From: Eledone cirrhosa
Taxonomy: Eukaryota
NCBI GenBank assembly: GCA_964016885.1
Contig: OZ024748.1
Location: forward strand, 1,736,001-1,800,000
Length of the DNA: 64,000 nucleotides
Direction of reading: 5' to 3'
Position numbers and translations under genes: made by a program. This document shows, piece after piece, positions 12,517 through 24,430 of the stretch. The notes beneath the pieces are model-generated. The model was not told where the DNA came from, searched no databases, and saw only the letters and a program-made list of their open reading frames with translations. The number at the start of each line of letters is the position of its first letter. Position 1 is the first letter of the stretch.

Positions 12517-14069
12517 ATCATAGATATAAATAAGAATAGAATGCAGGTAAAAATACAATAGATGAAATTGATGAGTGGGAGAAGCTTAGGTAAAAGTTTT
12601 CAGTTAGTGTATATATTATATAACCATAGATATAGAATTGTTATCAACTATATTGAATTCAGATGACCTGCATTGATTGAGTATTATTTACAAAAGAGAT
12701 TATTGCAGTTGTGTAGGATGACAGTATGGTCAGAAATAGGTTGGTCAATAAATGTGGCGGCTATCAATATCACAGTTATCATTGTTAACTATTCTTCTAG
12801 TTAAAGTCATATCCATTCTGTACACTAACTTAATCTATGAAAAATAACAGCTCAATTTCCTTCAAATCAAATCCTAACATCTTTAAAAAAAACGAAGGAA
12901 GAATGCATTGGATAGTGTAAATACACTAGTTTAAGGGAAAATGACAGGGTGATTATGACTGGAACATATTTGGTAATTGGTCTGTTGGATCAAGATTAAC
13001 TTCAAACAACACCCTAGTGTCTTGAAAAAGGGATGCTTTGGACATATAAATATATATATTACACAATATGCTTGTGAAAAAAAGACAGGATGGTCATGAC
13101 TGGAATATCAAGACTGATCTGGGGCTAAACAACAACATCAACAACAACTGCACTACTTCAGATTTTGTTATGATTAATAAAAAGGATATACTATGTGAAT
13201 GATGGGCCCCTAATGAAGGCAGCAAATTTAGTAGGATCCTTAGAGCATCAGATACAATTACATGTATTTGTTCTAGTTAGCTGCTTGCTGAATTCAGATC
13301 CTGCTGAGATCAACTTTATATTTCAACCTTATGAGATCAATAAATAAAGTAGTAGTCTAGTACTGACATTGATTCCCTACCTCTCTCTCTCTCTCTCAAA
13401 GTTGGCTACATTGTCCCATGAGAGGGATTTTGGGAGTCTTTCATAGCATCCTTTTCTTCAGAAATGTTAAGTGAAAGGCTAGGCACTTCTTCTCGTAGAT
13501 GTGCTTACTGCAAACTGATGTGCAACTTGCCCAAAGATGAGCAATACATCATGGAAAAGAAACAAAGAAGAATGTAGTACAGGTAACTAGATACATAGGG
13601 TTGTTGATAACTACTTGAAGCATCAGTGGTTCATATTTTGTCACTCACAAGACACTCAGCCCAAGACACTAAACTCTCAACAGATCAGTTCACCTAACTT
13701 TAACACTTTTGAAACCCAAACTGGATCTGGTCCTATGAAAAAAACCCACACATTTTAAAGAGTTCCTATTGTAATTAAAATCTTCCAACATAATTTTATA
13801 TAAGAACCATAATTTAAGTTTCTATCTTAGCAGTGAAATAATTAATAATTTTAATAACACCCGCAAAATACTTTGTTAATTAATTGAAATAGAATATATT
13901 TTATTTGAAATATGGTTACAAATGGGTTAAGTGCCACAGAATAAAGTTGATAGATGATTTGTTGGATGGGATGATCACAACTGGAATGTCGTTGGTAACC
14001 ATACCCTTAACAAAAATAAACAACAAAATAATCTACAATCTTGAAAAAATAGAGGGAGAGGTCACATTA

Positions 14070-14260
14070 AATAATTGTTTCTACGTTAGGCACAAGGCCA
14101 GCAATTACCCAGTGCATTACTGGTACTTTATTTTATTGACCCCATAAGGATGATAGGCAAAGTTAACCTCGGCGGGATTTGAACTCAGAATGGCAAGGGC
14201 CGTAACTCTATGCGTCAAAGCATGGCATCTGACTCTCTACCGATACTGCCAATCCACCGC
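14070..14260 (-). mobile_element. tRNA-derived SINE family A (Meta-domain-like core)
   Basis: B box GAGTTCAAATCCC and core GCCTTTCATCCTTACGGGGTCGATAAAATAAAGTACCAG. More than 15 copies or fragments in the window. Confidence 0.85.
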
Positions 14261-15436
14261 ATTAAATAATGTAGCTCTAAGTATGTTATTACTGAAATTA
14301 AGATGGTTTTGTCATCGCTGGGATGTCTTTGTTTATTATAGGTCTGCTTGATCAAGGCTGACCTGGGGCTAAACAACAATAACATTTTTAACATTTTTGT
14401 TTTTTCCCCCTTATTAGTTAGGTCTGTAAAAAAAGGGGCAGTGTTTAAGGTGTTCACAGCCCCTTCAAGATAGGTGAGATTGATACAGTTTCTATTTAAA
14501 CTGTTGTAAATTGATGACTGCAAGAAAGGAATGAGCTGGGAAGGAATTTTGGAAGGGTGACATTCTGGGGAGTAAGGGATGGGCATAGTGATTAGAGTGG
14601 GACTTTGGGAGTTGGAGACATGAGTGATGAGGGGAGGAGTGACAAGTAAGTCAGCAGTGTGTTAGAGTGTGTGTGTGTCTTTTGCACATATATATACATG
14701 TATGTGTTTATTGTATGTGTGTTATATACATGTATGTGTCCATGTTGCATGCATATGTTTGTGTGTATGTATATGTTATATGCATGTATGTGTGCATGTT
14801 ATGCATACGTGTTTGTGTGTATGTGTGTGTTATATGCATGTATATATGTGTGCATGTTGTGTACCTATATGCGTGCATGTGTTTTTGTGTGTATGTGTTC
14901 ATGTGTTGCGTGAGATACAGAAGATGGATTATTGTAGGACATCATTTCTCAGATGTGCAAATAGTAGCTGTACATGGCTCAAGTGTGATACTATATTGAT
15001 TAACTGATCAATAACACTAGTATAGACTATGATTGATAAACACCAGGTGACTCTCACAGAAGAGAGGGAGTGACAGAGAAATAGAGAGAGAGCATATATG
15101 AGAGACAAGAAGAATGACTGAGGTAGAAAGAAACAAAGGAGAGAATGAGATAGAAAGAAATATGTATGTAGATAAATGAAGAGAGATACATAGAGAGAGT
15201 GAGTTAGAGGGACAAAGAGGGAGACAGGTTAACAGATGGACAGGCAGATAGAGAGGAAACTGTGTCTTTTTTAACCAAACATCTGTAAGTCCATAGACAT
15301 ATGAATGTATGAATGTATGTGTGTGTATGTATGCATATATATATGTATGCACACACATATATATATATATATGTATATATATACACACATATACATACAT
15401 ATATATATATATATATATATCACCAACATTATCATC

Positions 15437-15541
15437 TCGCCGAGGTTGACTTTGCCTTTCATCCTTACGGGGTCAATAAAATAAAGTACCAGTAATGCAC
15501 TGGGTAATTGCTGGCCTTGTGCCTAAAGTAGAAACAATTAT
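15437..15541 (+). mobile_element. SINE family A, 3' half
   Basis: Same core and tail (GGCCTTGTGCCTAAAGTAGAAACAATTA). Confidence 0.85.
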
Positions 15542-15714
15542 CATTGTTTAATGATTATCTTCCACGCTAGCATGGGTTAGATGGGTTTGTCCCATTTAGA
15601 GGCAAGTTGGGTTGGGTGACCATGTCTCGCTTATATAAGACTGTTTCTAGCACCAACCACATTATATATATGTGTGTATATATATATACATATGTATATA
15701 TACATATATATGTA

Positions 15715-16135
15715 CAGGGCTGCTCAGTTCTTCAAGGGTATTTGCATGAATTTAGTAAAAGACACATAAGTCAAAATAGAAGAGGTTTATTATTTAAGAA
15801 AAAATTAGCATGAATAATATTGAAACTCTTCTTGATGCATCAATGAACCTGCCATTAGTATCGGTCTGAAACATTGATATGCTCGAATCAGGTGATCTTT
15901 ATGCATTTTGGACATTGTGCTAGTTATGGCAAACTTCAGAGATTTTATAGTATTCTGGGAGTATTGATTGACTTCCCTCATGACTACATCCCATACATAG
16001 TAATCTAATAGATTCAGGTGTGGAGAGCTAGGAGGTTATGTTTGGGAATTGTGACTCATCCATGCTTGGGTTGTCTTGGCATTATGAGATGGTGCTGAGT
16101 CTTGTTGGTAGGTGTACGGTCTTCCTCTATTGAAG
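15715..16135 (-). mobile_element. Tc1/mariner (maT-like) transposase 3' relic with terminal repeat
   Basis: Minus strand QQDSAPSHNAKTTQAWM...PPSSPHLNLLDYYVWDVV. End TA-CAGGGCTG at 15713. Confidence 0.85.
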
Positions 16136-16199
16136 AACCCCAGTTAGGTAAATTTTTATTGACCAATAGCACTCAGATGGGAGGCTGAAAATGGTTTGA

Positions 16200-16407
16200 C
16201 CCTTTAGTATTTAAACCGGTCATATCTGGCCATAATTCTCTTACCTTTTTCTGTTCAAACCGGCCATAGCCTGCCCTATATACTGATATTTAGGTATTGT
16301 TCTCAAAATAAATAACATCGAAATCTTATAGTGTTGATTTTATGTGAGGTAAAGTCTTTACCCTGAAAATACAATAGGAAATATAGAATAATGTAAACGC
16401 TAAAGGG
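16200..16407. mobile_element. piggyBac-like MITE
   Basis: TTGA-CCCTTTAG ... CTAAAGGG-TTAA. Other TTAACCC...GGGTTAA-type elements near 13700-13930, 20598-20832, 52100-52266 and 58330-58558. Confidence 0.65.
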
Positions 16408-17104
16408 TTAATGTGAGCTGCTGTTATTAGAGTAGAACCTCTTGTGACAAAGTTATAGGTGTCTATTTTAAAGAGGAGAGAACACTAACCAATGGCTCAT
16501 GACAAGGGGGGAGGCTAACCCTTTCTCTGGCACTGGATACTTTAAAATTAGGATCTTAAAAAAGGATAGTTTGTATTTCTAATTCAATGGTTTTGAGAAT
16601 TGTGTTAGAATCTGGAATTACTCTGATGAACATAAACTGCTTCTTGCTCCATTTGTGTTTGAGGATGTTTTGTTCATTACTTAAAAGTTCATACCCAAAT
16701 ATGTTTGTTTTGATATTGTGTATGTCACATCTTCTCTAGCAGCATCTGCAATTATGCTTCCCTCAAAGTTAAGATGGGCACTGTCCTATTATTTTTTATA
16801 GTAGTTGGTAGATAGCAGTTATTAAATATCTATTTATAAACACATACCTTTATATTGTCCCATTGTGGTTTGTGGTTAAATGGCAGAATTGGTAGAATGT
16901 GAAATATGGCATTTAATTATGCCCTTTCTGTTCTAAGTGTTAATTACACTGAAGCTTACTTGGCATTTCATTCTACAGAGATTCACAAACTAACTACCAG
17001 TCAATAAAACAAGTACTTGAATTAAGGGAATCAACTAATACCTTAGAATACTCTGTCCCAGCAGAGTATTAGTTGATTCCCATAATTCAAGTACCATATA
17101 TATA

Positions 17105-17380
17105 CATCATCATCATTTTACGTCCGCTTTTCCCTGCTTGCAAGAGTGGGACAGGAACTGATTCTGGCTTGATTTCTACAGCTGGATGCCCTTCCTAACA
17201 CCAACCTCATTTACAGTGAGTGATGGGTGCTTTTTTTCCATGGCGCCTCCACGACCACTTTGCAGTGGAATGATAGGGACCCCAGTCCCTATCATCTCAT
17301 TTCTACAGCTGAGTAAACTGGAGCAATGTGAAATAAAGTGTCTTGCTCAAGGAAACAACACATCACCTGGTCTGAGAATA
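17105..17380 (-). mobile_element. tRNA-derived SINE family D, 5'-truncated
   Basis: Near-identical reverse complement of 18180-18460. Confidence 0.85.
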
Positions 17381-17445
17381 TATATATATATATGAGTGGA
17401 ATGAATACAAAGGTGTATATACCGTTAAAACATGTTTATATAAAA

Positions 17446-17490
17446 ATGCACCTACGTACGTTTCACCCAAAAAGGGCTTCTCAAGGGCAT
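17446..17490 (-). ncRNA. Type I hammerhead ribozyme, U3:A8 variant
   Basis: AUGCCC-UUGAGAA-GCCC(UUUUU)GGGU-GAAA-CGUACG-UA-GGUGCAU. Confidence 0.75.
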
Positions 17491-17643
17491 AGAAAACATA
17501 AAAATGATCAGTACACAGAGCAAGGGAACTCCCCTTGCTCTGTGGAAAAAACAACACATGTGCTTGAACGAAGAATGAACTCTGATGTAAATTTAACCTT
17601 AAAATCCCTCCTGGGTCACGTACTGATCATTTTTTTGTTTTCT

Positions 17644-17688
17644 ATGCCCTCGAGAAGCCCTTTTTGGGCGAAACGTACGTAGGTGCAT
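17644..17688 (+). ncRNA. Type I hammerhead ribozyme, U3:A8 variant with U4C
   Basis: AUGCCC-UCGAGAA-GCCC(UUUUU)GGGC-GAAA-CGUACG-UA-GGUGCAU. Confidence 0.7.
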
Positions 17689-18122
17689 TTTTATATAAAC
17701 ATGTTTTAATGGTATATACTCCTTTGTATTCATTTCACTTGTAACCGCTCTGCTTATTTTCTCGCCCGCTAGATATTAATGCTTCTAATATTTAACTCTG
17801 TAGGCACAAGTATTGAGCACATTTGCACAAGCTATTGGTAACTAAATATATGTATCGCTTATCTTTTCTCTCTCTCAATACTTAAATATTCTATATATAT
17901 ATATTTCGTTGTTTTGGCGAATTATGTGGCTTGTCCCCTAGCCGCAGTTTTCAATTTGTCACACTATCTAACGTATGTTAATTACTCTAAGGTGTAGCCT
18001 ATCAATTTATACATTCTTATTAAGTGCTTCATGCAAACCTAATTGTTACTTCGTAGGTTTGGCCACTGTCATAACTTCGATTTTACTAACCTTCCACTTG
18101 TATATATAAATATATATATAAA

Positions 18123-18466
18123 TGGAGGCACATGGCTTAGTGGTTAGAGCATTGGCCTTGCAATCGAAAGGTTGTGAGTTCAATTCCCAGACTGGGCGAT
18201 GTGTTGTTTCCTTGAGCAAGACACTTTATTTCACATTGCTCCAGTTTACTCAGCTGTAGAAATGAGATGATAGGACTGGGGTCCCTATCATTCCACTGCA
18301 AAGTGGTCGTGGAGGCGCCATGGAAAAAAAGCACCCAGCACTCACTGTAAATGAGGTTGGTGTTAGGAAGGGCATCCAGCTGTAGAAATCAAGCCAGAAT
18401 CAGTTCCTGTCCCACCCTTGCAAGCAGGGAAAAGTGGACGTAAAATGATGATGATGATGATGATGA
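18123..18466 (+). mobile_element. Full-length tRNA-derived SINE family D
   Basis: A box TGGCTTAGTGG, B box GAGTTCAATTCCC, body CCTTGAGCAAGACACTTT, and a LINE-derived tail ending in (GAT)n. Confidence 0.9.
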
Positions 18467-18760
18467 TAAATATACAAAGCCAGAAGAAAGAACTCAATGT
18501 AGACCTGTAAAATTGACAGAGCATATATTCAGTATACTAGTAGAAAGTTTCTATTGAATTAACATCAGTAAAATGAAATAACATTTAATGACAAAATATT
18601 CAACTGTTATTTTGTCTTACTATTGAGATAAATAATTTAATTGGTGCATCTAAATGCGTCCATGTGAACAAAACTACATCTACACACACATCTATGGTGC
18701 AGGCCTCAGTATGGCTGTATAATGACTGAAACCTGTAAAAGAAAAGAATAATATATAAAC

Positions 18761-18797
<37 letters not shown>

Positions 18798-18865
18798 CAT
18801 ATATTGTTATACTTTGGGAGGGTCATGCTGCCAATAATAGAAATAAAAAGAATATATATATATAT

Positions 18866-19468
18866 ATGGTGGCTGCCAACTCGTTTTCGAGTACGGCCAC
18901 TACTTTATATCCATGTAGGAGAACCTCTACCGATGCGCTGAACGAGTGTGACTTTTTAGTCCAGCCAGCGACTTGAAAACTCTGGTACAAACACTACACT
19001 TGTGACAATTATTGACACATAGTGCTGGGCCCATGGTACCCTGTGACGACAAGTGCAGAGAGATCTCCAGATATAAAGCAATGCCTGTGCCGTGAAGCTT
19101 TTATAGTGAGCAAAGGCACTGCACAAAGCCAGTCTTAACCAAGATGATATTTACCAAAAAGAAGAACAAGTCAACATCATTGGATATCATCAGGGTTGCA
19201 GGTGTTATATCAGAGTTTTCCTTCTCCTAGAATTCTGCCTTGACAAAGGCTAAGGGGTCATCTCTCCCGGTGATTTTGGATGGCTATTGACTCTTAAGAG
19301 CTCCTTTGCCCTTTGACAGGTTTTGTTTTTAGTCCTGCAGGATGTCCAAAGTCACCCTCCTCACCAAGAAACCTTGGTAGGGTTGCCAGTTTAGTCGCCA
19401 ACGACCCGACCATGAGACAGGTTGTACTGGGATACATGTTACCAGTAGCCCCAACTGGTGACCTGACA
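18866..19468 (-). mobile_element. ~610-bp bipartite RTE-derived non-autonomous retroelement
   Basis: Reverse complement of the copies at 28556 and 29301. Confidence 0.85.
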
Positions 19469-19490
19469 TAATATATATATATATATATAT

Positions 19491-19870
19491 TACAAAGTGA
19501 AACCTACTACAGTCAGTAGGCACCTCTAACAAAATACACCCGTCCCACTACCCCCACCCTATCCACACCACCCCTTTCAATGTAAAGTTATGTTGGTACC
19601 ACAACATCCAGTCTGAAACAAATGAGGTTGTGTAGGTGTCATGACAAAAAAAACACAGAGTCCACGCTGTAATGTGGCCGTGTAGGCAACACGGTAAAAA
19701 CCTCCCAGTTCCACACTGTAAACGTGGTTGGTGTTAGGAAGGGCATCCAGCCGTAGAAAACCTGCCAGACAGTCCTATGCAAGCAAGACAACCACTCTTG
19801 CCTCAAGTGGGAAAACTCCCGTCCAAACCCATGCAAGCGTGGAAGATGGACGTTAAACTATGATGATGAT
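19491..19870 (+). mobile_element. SINE-like repeat family B
   Basis: Homologous to 8489-8855, 24105-24385 and 60616-60917. Confidence 0.8.
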
Positions 19871-21004
19871 ATATATATGAAATCATATGAATGAAACATT
19901 TCTTGTCCAGTTGAAATCATTTCTCTATAAAATAAAGATGCTACACTCTACCAGCATATTCAGTATCTTTTTAACTGTGGTCCACTACCAATACCCATTG
20001 GGCGTCTACCCATAATTATGTATATATATATTGCTAGCAGGGAAAATGGACATTAAAACAAAGATAATAAATAAATAACATATATATATATAATTATACA
20101 TAACACACACACACATATGTGTGTGTACAATGCCTGTAGAACATCTTGGACTAATAATATTAGGAATAACAATGGAAAAAGATTAAAGGTTACTTAATCA
20201 AATCCCAAGTCAAATATGTCATAAAGTGCATTTGGGGAGAGCTCTGAATTCCAAAACAAAAACATAAATGGAGGAATGACTCCAGATACTTCAAACCTTA
20301 ATAGATATCTGTTCTCCAGTAAAAATTCAATATAAGGAAACATTTGAAAGGCCTAAAGCTGAAGCCAACAATATATCTTAGATACTCACACGCAACTTGA
20401 GAGTTCTGCTGACATATGATATCTGCTTCAGCTGGATTTGTGTGTTTGGGGGTGTCAAGGGAATGATTGCATTGATAAGAAATGCAGCTGTGCAAAGTGG
20501 AGACATCTTGACCATTGTAGTTGTTGTTGTTGTTGTGGCTCACATCTGGCCTTCTATTACATTACATCTCTGTAGGAGCTCTCTTCAGGCTTTTATTTAG
20601 CCCTTTTGCTACCAAACCATCAGAAACCGCTCCTAGTTTTAAAGTGTTTATATTTATCTAAACTCTTCCATCATTAGTTTATGCAAGAACCTTTAAGTTA
20701 TTTTCCAAACATCAGCTAAGAATAAGGAAGTTGTTATATTACAAAATCACTCCATATTCTGAATTATTTTTGAAATTATTCAAAACACACAGGCACTATA
20801 TTTCATTAGAAATATGATACCGTAAAGGTTAGTGATAAAGACACTAGTCCTGTCATATCACTTTTTTTCTGGTAACAGGTGGTGGGCAGATTTGAACTCA
20901 GAACTCATTTTTCTTAATGTATATATATACACATATATTATTTATTTATGCTCATACACGGAACAAAAGCGCTACCTAATGTTTTAAGGCCCAATATTGA
21001 ACAT

Positions 21005-21115
21005 GTCTCCAGATTGTAAGAGATGACGAAGGACCGTGACAGGTGGAGAGATGCTGTGCTGAATAGGACCCGTCCCACCCTTGCAAGCAGGGAAAAGCGG
21101 ACGTAAAATGATGAC
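21005..21115 (+). mobile_element. LINE 3' tail fragment (RTE-like)
   Basis: Encodes EMTKDRDRWRDAVLNRTRPT, then CCCTTGCAAGCAGGGAAAAGCGGACGTAAAATGATGA. Second copy on the minus strand at 26780-26880. Confidence 0.7.
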
Positions 21116-22479
21116 GTGTGTGTTGACTGAATTTTGGAAAATCAACAACTCATGTCCCCCGAGTCCACATATCAGCTACATTATGGAATCTCACCTGTTG
21201 ATGTTAAACTTATGTAATCTATTGTCTACCACCTCTGAAATGTACATAATAGTCATTATTTAATAAATTGAAGTATGGAAATGTAGAACCATATCTTCAT
21301 GTTTTCATATATATTAACACATACACACACACACACATACATATATATTCTTAATGTTTTATTTGTCCATATGATTATATTGTGTTTGGTTGGAATTTAT
21401 TAGTGTTTTTTGAATAAACATATATTTCCACACTCTCACACACACATAACTATCCTTTATTTGTGAAGCTATATATACCTATATCCATATCCTGTCAGTG
21501 TGGTATTTCCAATAAGTATTTGAATAAGAATAGTAAAAAATAAGACATTTTCTTCTTTCCTTCTTACACTACTGCTTGCTTATATCTACCTGACAGCTTC
21601 TCTTACACATATGTACCCGGTTGTAATATCCTGTTGTAAAGTGTGAGAGTATCAAACATGACCAAGAATGACATTACTATACTGTCTGTACAGCAGAAGT
21701 GACTCAGTTGATAAGGGTAGCAAGCTACAAGGCACATGACTGATGGTTCATATCTTATCAATGGTACTGACTATGTTATATGATGACAAAGACATTTTTT
21801 TCTTTATCACCCAATCAGAAGGGAAGGCAGCAAATTGGCATAAACATCAGGATATTGATTTGTTATGGGTTCACTGCACTCTGAGTTCAACTGAGGTCAA
21901 CTTTACCTTTCATCCTTTTGAGATCAATAAATAAAATACCAGCCAGGGCTGAGGTCAATTTTCTCTAACTCTGGGAGAAATTGGTTGTGTTCCAGCCTAG
22001 AGAAAGATAGGCTCTGCTATGTATCATAATGATGCCTTCATAACTCCACCAATAGCCAATAGTTCTTTACTTTTGCTAGGGCAATGCCAATAACCCTTTT
22101 CAGGATCTTCAAGACTGGTGGAAGAGAAGAAAGGCAGTGCCCATGAACCTTTTCAAGATCCCTGAGACTGATGGTAAGGAAGGAAGAAGAGAACCTGAAA
22201 CACGAGATTTGGCCTGAATACCTGCAGCAGAGTTGGATATTCTAGTGGTAAGAAACTCTCAAGAAAACTGAACAGCAGATGGTCTTCAGAGAAGACCCCC
22301 CCCCCCCCTCTGCCCCATAAGTAAGTTTTTCAGCACTTCTGATGAAAAGGCCTGAAACTGACCAGATTCATCACATTTTTCTGTTTACAGAGATAAAAAC
22401 CTGTGGTGTAAACACTTTGTTTACTTCTGAGAGCTAAATTGTATGTTTATTAAAAAGTCATTTCAACTCCACTACATGA

Positions 22480-22784
22480 ATGTGTTCCTTCAATTGAATC
22501 AGAATTTTTAGTTTTGAGCTATAAACTTCTTCCTTCGCCCAGCCCCACAGGAAAATATCACATGGCGTTAAGTCAGGGCTTCTTGCTGGCCATTTATGTG
22601 GACCTCGACAACTGAGCCAATGTCCTGGAAATTAGACATCAAGCCACTCATAAACAGTGTGTGCAAAATGAGGTGGGGCCCCATTTTGCATGAGTATAAG
22701 GTCATTGATGTGGTCCCAAGTGGTCACAGTAGAGTGAAAGTTATAAGTAATTTTCAATAGGAAGTTTCATTTCACCCACCATGT
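22480..22784 (-). mobile_element. Tc1/mariner-family transposase relic
   Basis: Minus strand MQNGAPPHFAHTVYEWLDV*FPGHWLSCRGPHKWPARSPDLTPCDIFLWGWAKEEVY. Confidence 0.9.
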
Positions 22785-23083
22785 ATATATATTCTTTATT
22801 ATGGCTAAGTGATGAATTTTTCTTGTTACCCTGGATTCTGATGATCTTGTGAGTACATAAGTGAAAATCCAGAGTTACAATACTCATAATTTAGCCAGCT
22901 GCAATAAAAAATATTATTAAACTCTACTTTGGTATTGAGTACTCATTCTCAGGTCCATTAACATCACGTATATATATATATTAGATATTAGTTTAACAAT
23001 GATAATAATAGCAAAGGCAAGTTATTTTACATATTACTTTCATTGTTTTACTACGTATAGACCCTACCACAAAAGGTAGACCA

Positions 23084-23131
<48 letters not shown>

Positions 23132-23444
23132 TGGCGGACTGGCCAGGTTGTCAGCTTGCCCACCGTAGCATTGCAAGAGCCCACAGTAGCATTGCAGGGG
23201 CCAATGCTTTGCTTTAAAAAAATACCTGAAATTTAAGAGAAAGAATAAAACTTTTTAAAAAATAAAAAAAACAATTAAGCAAAGCATTTGGTCCAACAAT
23301 TCCCCAGGGAATTACTAGAAACTAAAATATATGATAGTGCAAATAGCTGGATTCAGTAGTTGTACATTCTACTAAATCTAAAGCTTAGTGTATTCATTCA
23401 TGCAAACATACATATATAGACACAGACACACAAGCATATATATA

Positions 23445-23536
23445 TGTTGGAGATGCAGGATATGGCAGTGATAATGAGGGACAGAGACCGCTGGAGAGAA
23501 CTCGTTCATGGATCTCGGGAATTTTACCCGCCTTAG
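23445..23536 (+). mobile_element. RTE-like LINE 3' tail
   Basis: LEMQDMAVIMRDRDRWRELVHGSREFYPP*. Same family as 43667-43825. Confidence 0.8.
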
Positions 23537-23567
<31 letters not shown>

Positions 23568-23611
23568 TGAAAAAGAACAAAGGAACTATTATGACATTAT
23601 AACAAGTTTAT

Positions 23612-23658
23612 TGCCGACAGCCGTTTCGTCCGACCATATGGTGGGACTTTTCAAGGCA
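23612..23658 (-). ncRNA. Type I hammerhead ribozyme, U3:A8 variant (second family)
   Basis: UGCC-UUGAAAA-GUCC-C-ACC(AUAU)GGU-C-GGAC-GAAA-CGGCUG-UC-GGCA, with a GUC cleavage triplet. Lies in a PLE-like terminal fragment at ~23565-23980. Confidence 0.8.
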
Positions 23659-24073
23659 TATAACATGTGATTGTAAGATCATTATTTACATCAACGTATC
23701 ACTCAAGACTAGCAGTTTGAAATTGTGGTATACATCAGCAGCTCCGCTTGTATAGTTGGGGTCTATATTCTAAGGGGGCTCTTTTATATTAGTTGTCGGG
23801 GTCAGGGATTGAAGGTTAAAAATTAGATAATATATAATTTACGCATTAAAAGTAAAGATTAAATTAGAAGACTTGGGATCGCGTAGAAGCACCTTAAAAA
23901 ATCCCTCAATAAGTGCATAAAGTTTACAGGCTCCAATAAACCTAATAAACTAGGAGAAATTAAGAGGCTAATAAAATAAATATATATATATACTTACACA
24001 CAAACTACTGACCAAATGATATTTGGTATCAATGGGTTAAAGACATCTGTCAAATCAATTAGTGGTGAAGGTG

Positions 24074-24104
<31 letters not shown>

Positions 24105-24108
<4 letters not shown>

Positions 24109-24385
24109 ACATCCAATCCAAAACAAATGAGGTCGTGTAGGTGTCACGACAAAAAAAACACACAGTCCACGCTGTAATGTGGCCGTGTAGGTAACACGGT
24201 AAAAACCTCTCAGTCCACACTGTAAACGTGGTTGGTGTTAGGAAGGGCATCCAGCCGTAGAAAACCCGCCAGACAGTCCTATACGAGCAGGACAACAAAT
24301 CTTGCCTCAAGTGAGAAAACTCCCGTCCAGACCCATGCAAGCGTGGAAGATGGACGTTAAACGACGATGATGATGATGATGATGA
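24105..24385 (+). mobile_element. SINE-like repeat family B
   Basis: Homology to the other family B copies. Confidence 0.8.
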
Positions 24386-24430
24386 CACACACACACACAT
24401 ATATATATTGAGTGAGTTTGAAAGACCAAA

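Larger units (their letters stand above)
17395..18100 (+). mobile_element. PLE-type pseudo-LTR with ~120-bp inverted repeat carrying two hammerheads
   Basis: Arms 17395-17514 and 17620-17739 are reverse complements, each containing a hammerhead core. Flanked by (TA)n. Right boundary approximate. Confidence 0.7.

Noticed and set aside
18123-18200. tRNA gene
   Set aside because: The A/B boxes run into a SINE body and LINE-derived tail; no full cloverleaf.
22335-22375. CTGATGA...GAAA hammerhead-like motif
   Set aside because: No credible stems I and II or cleavage triplet.
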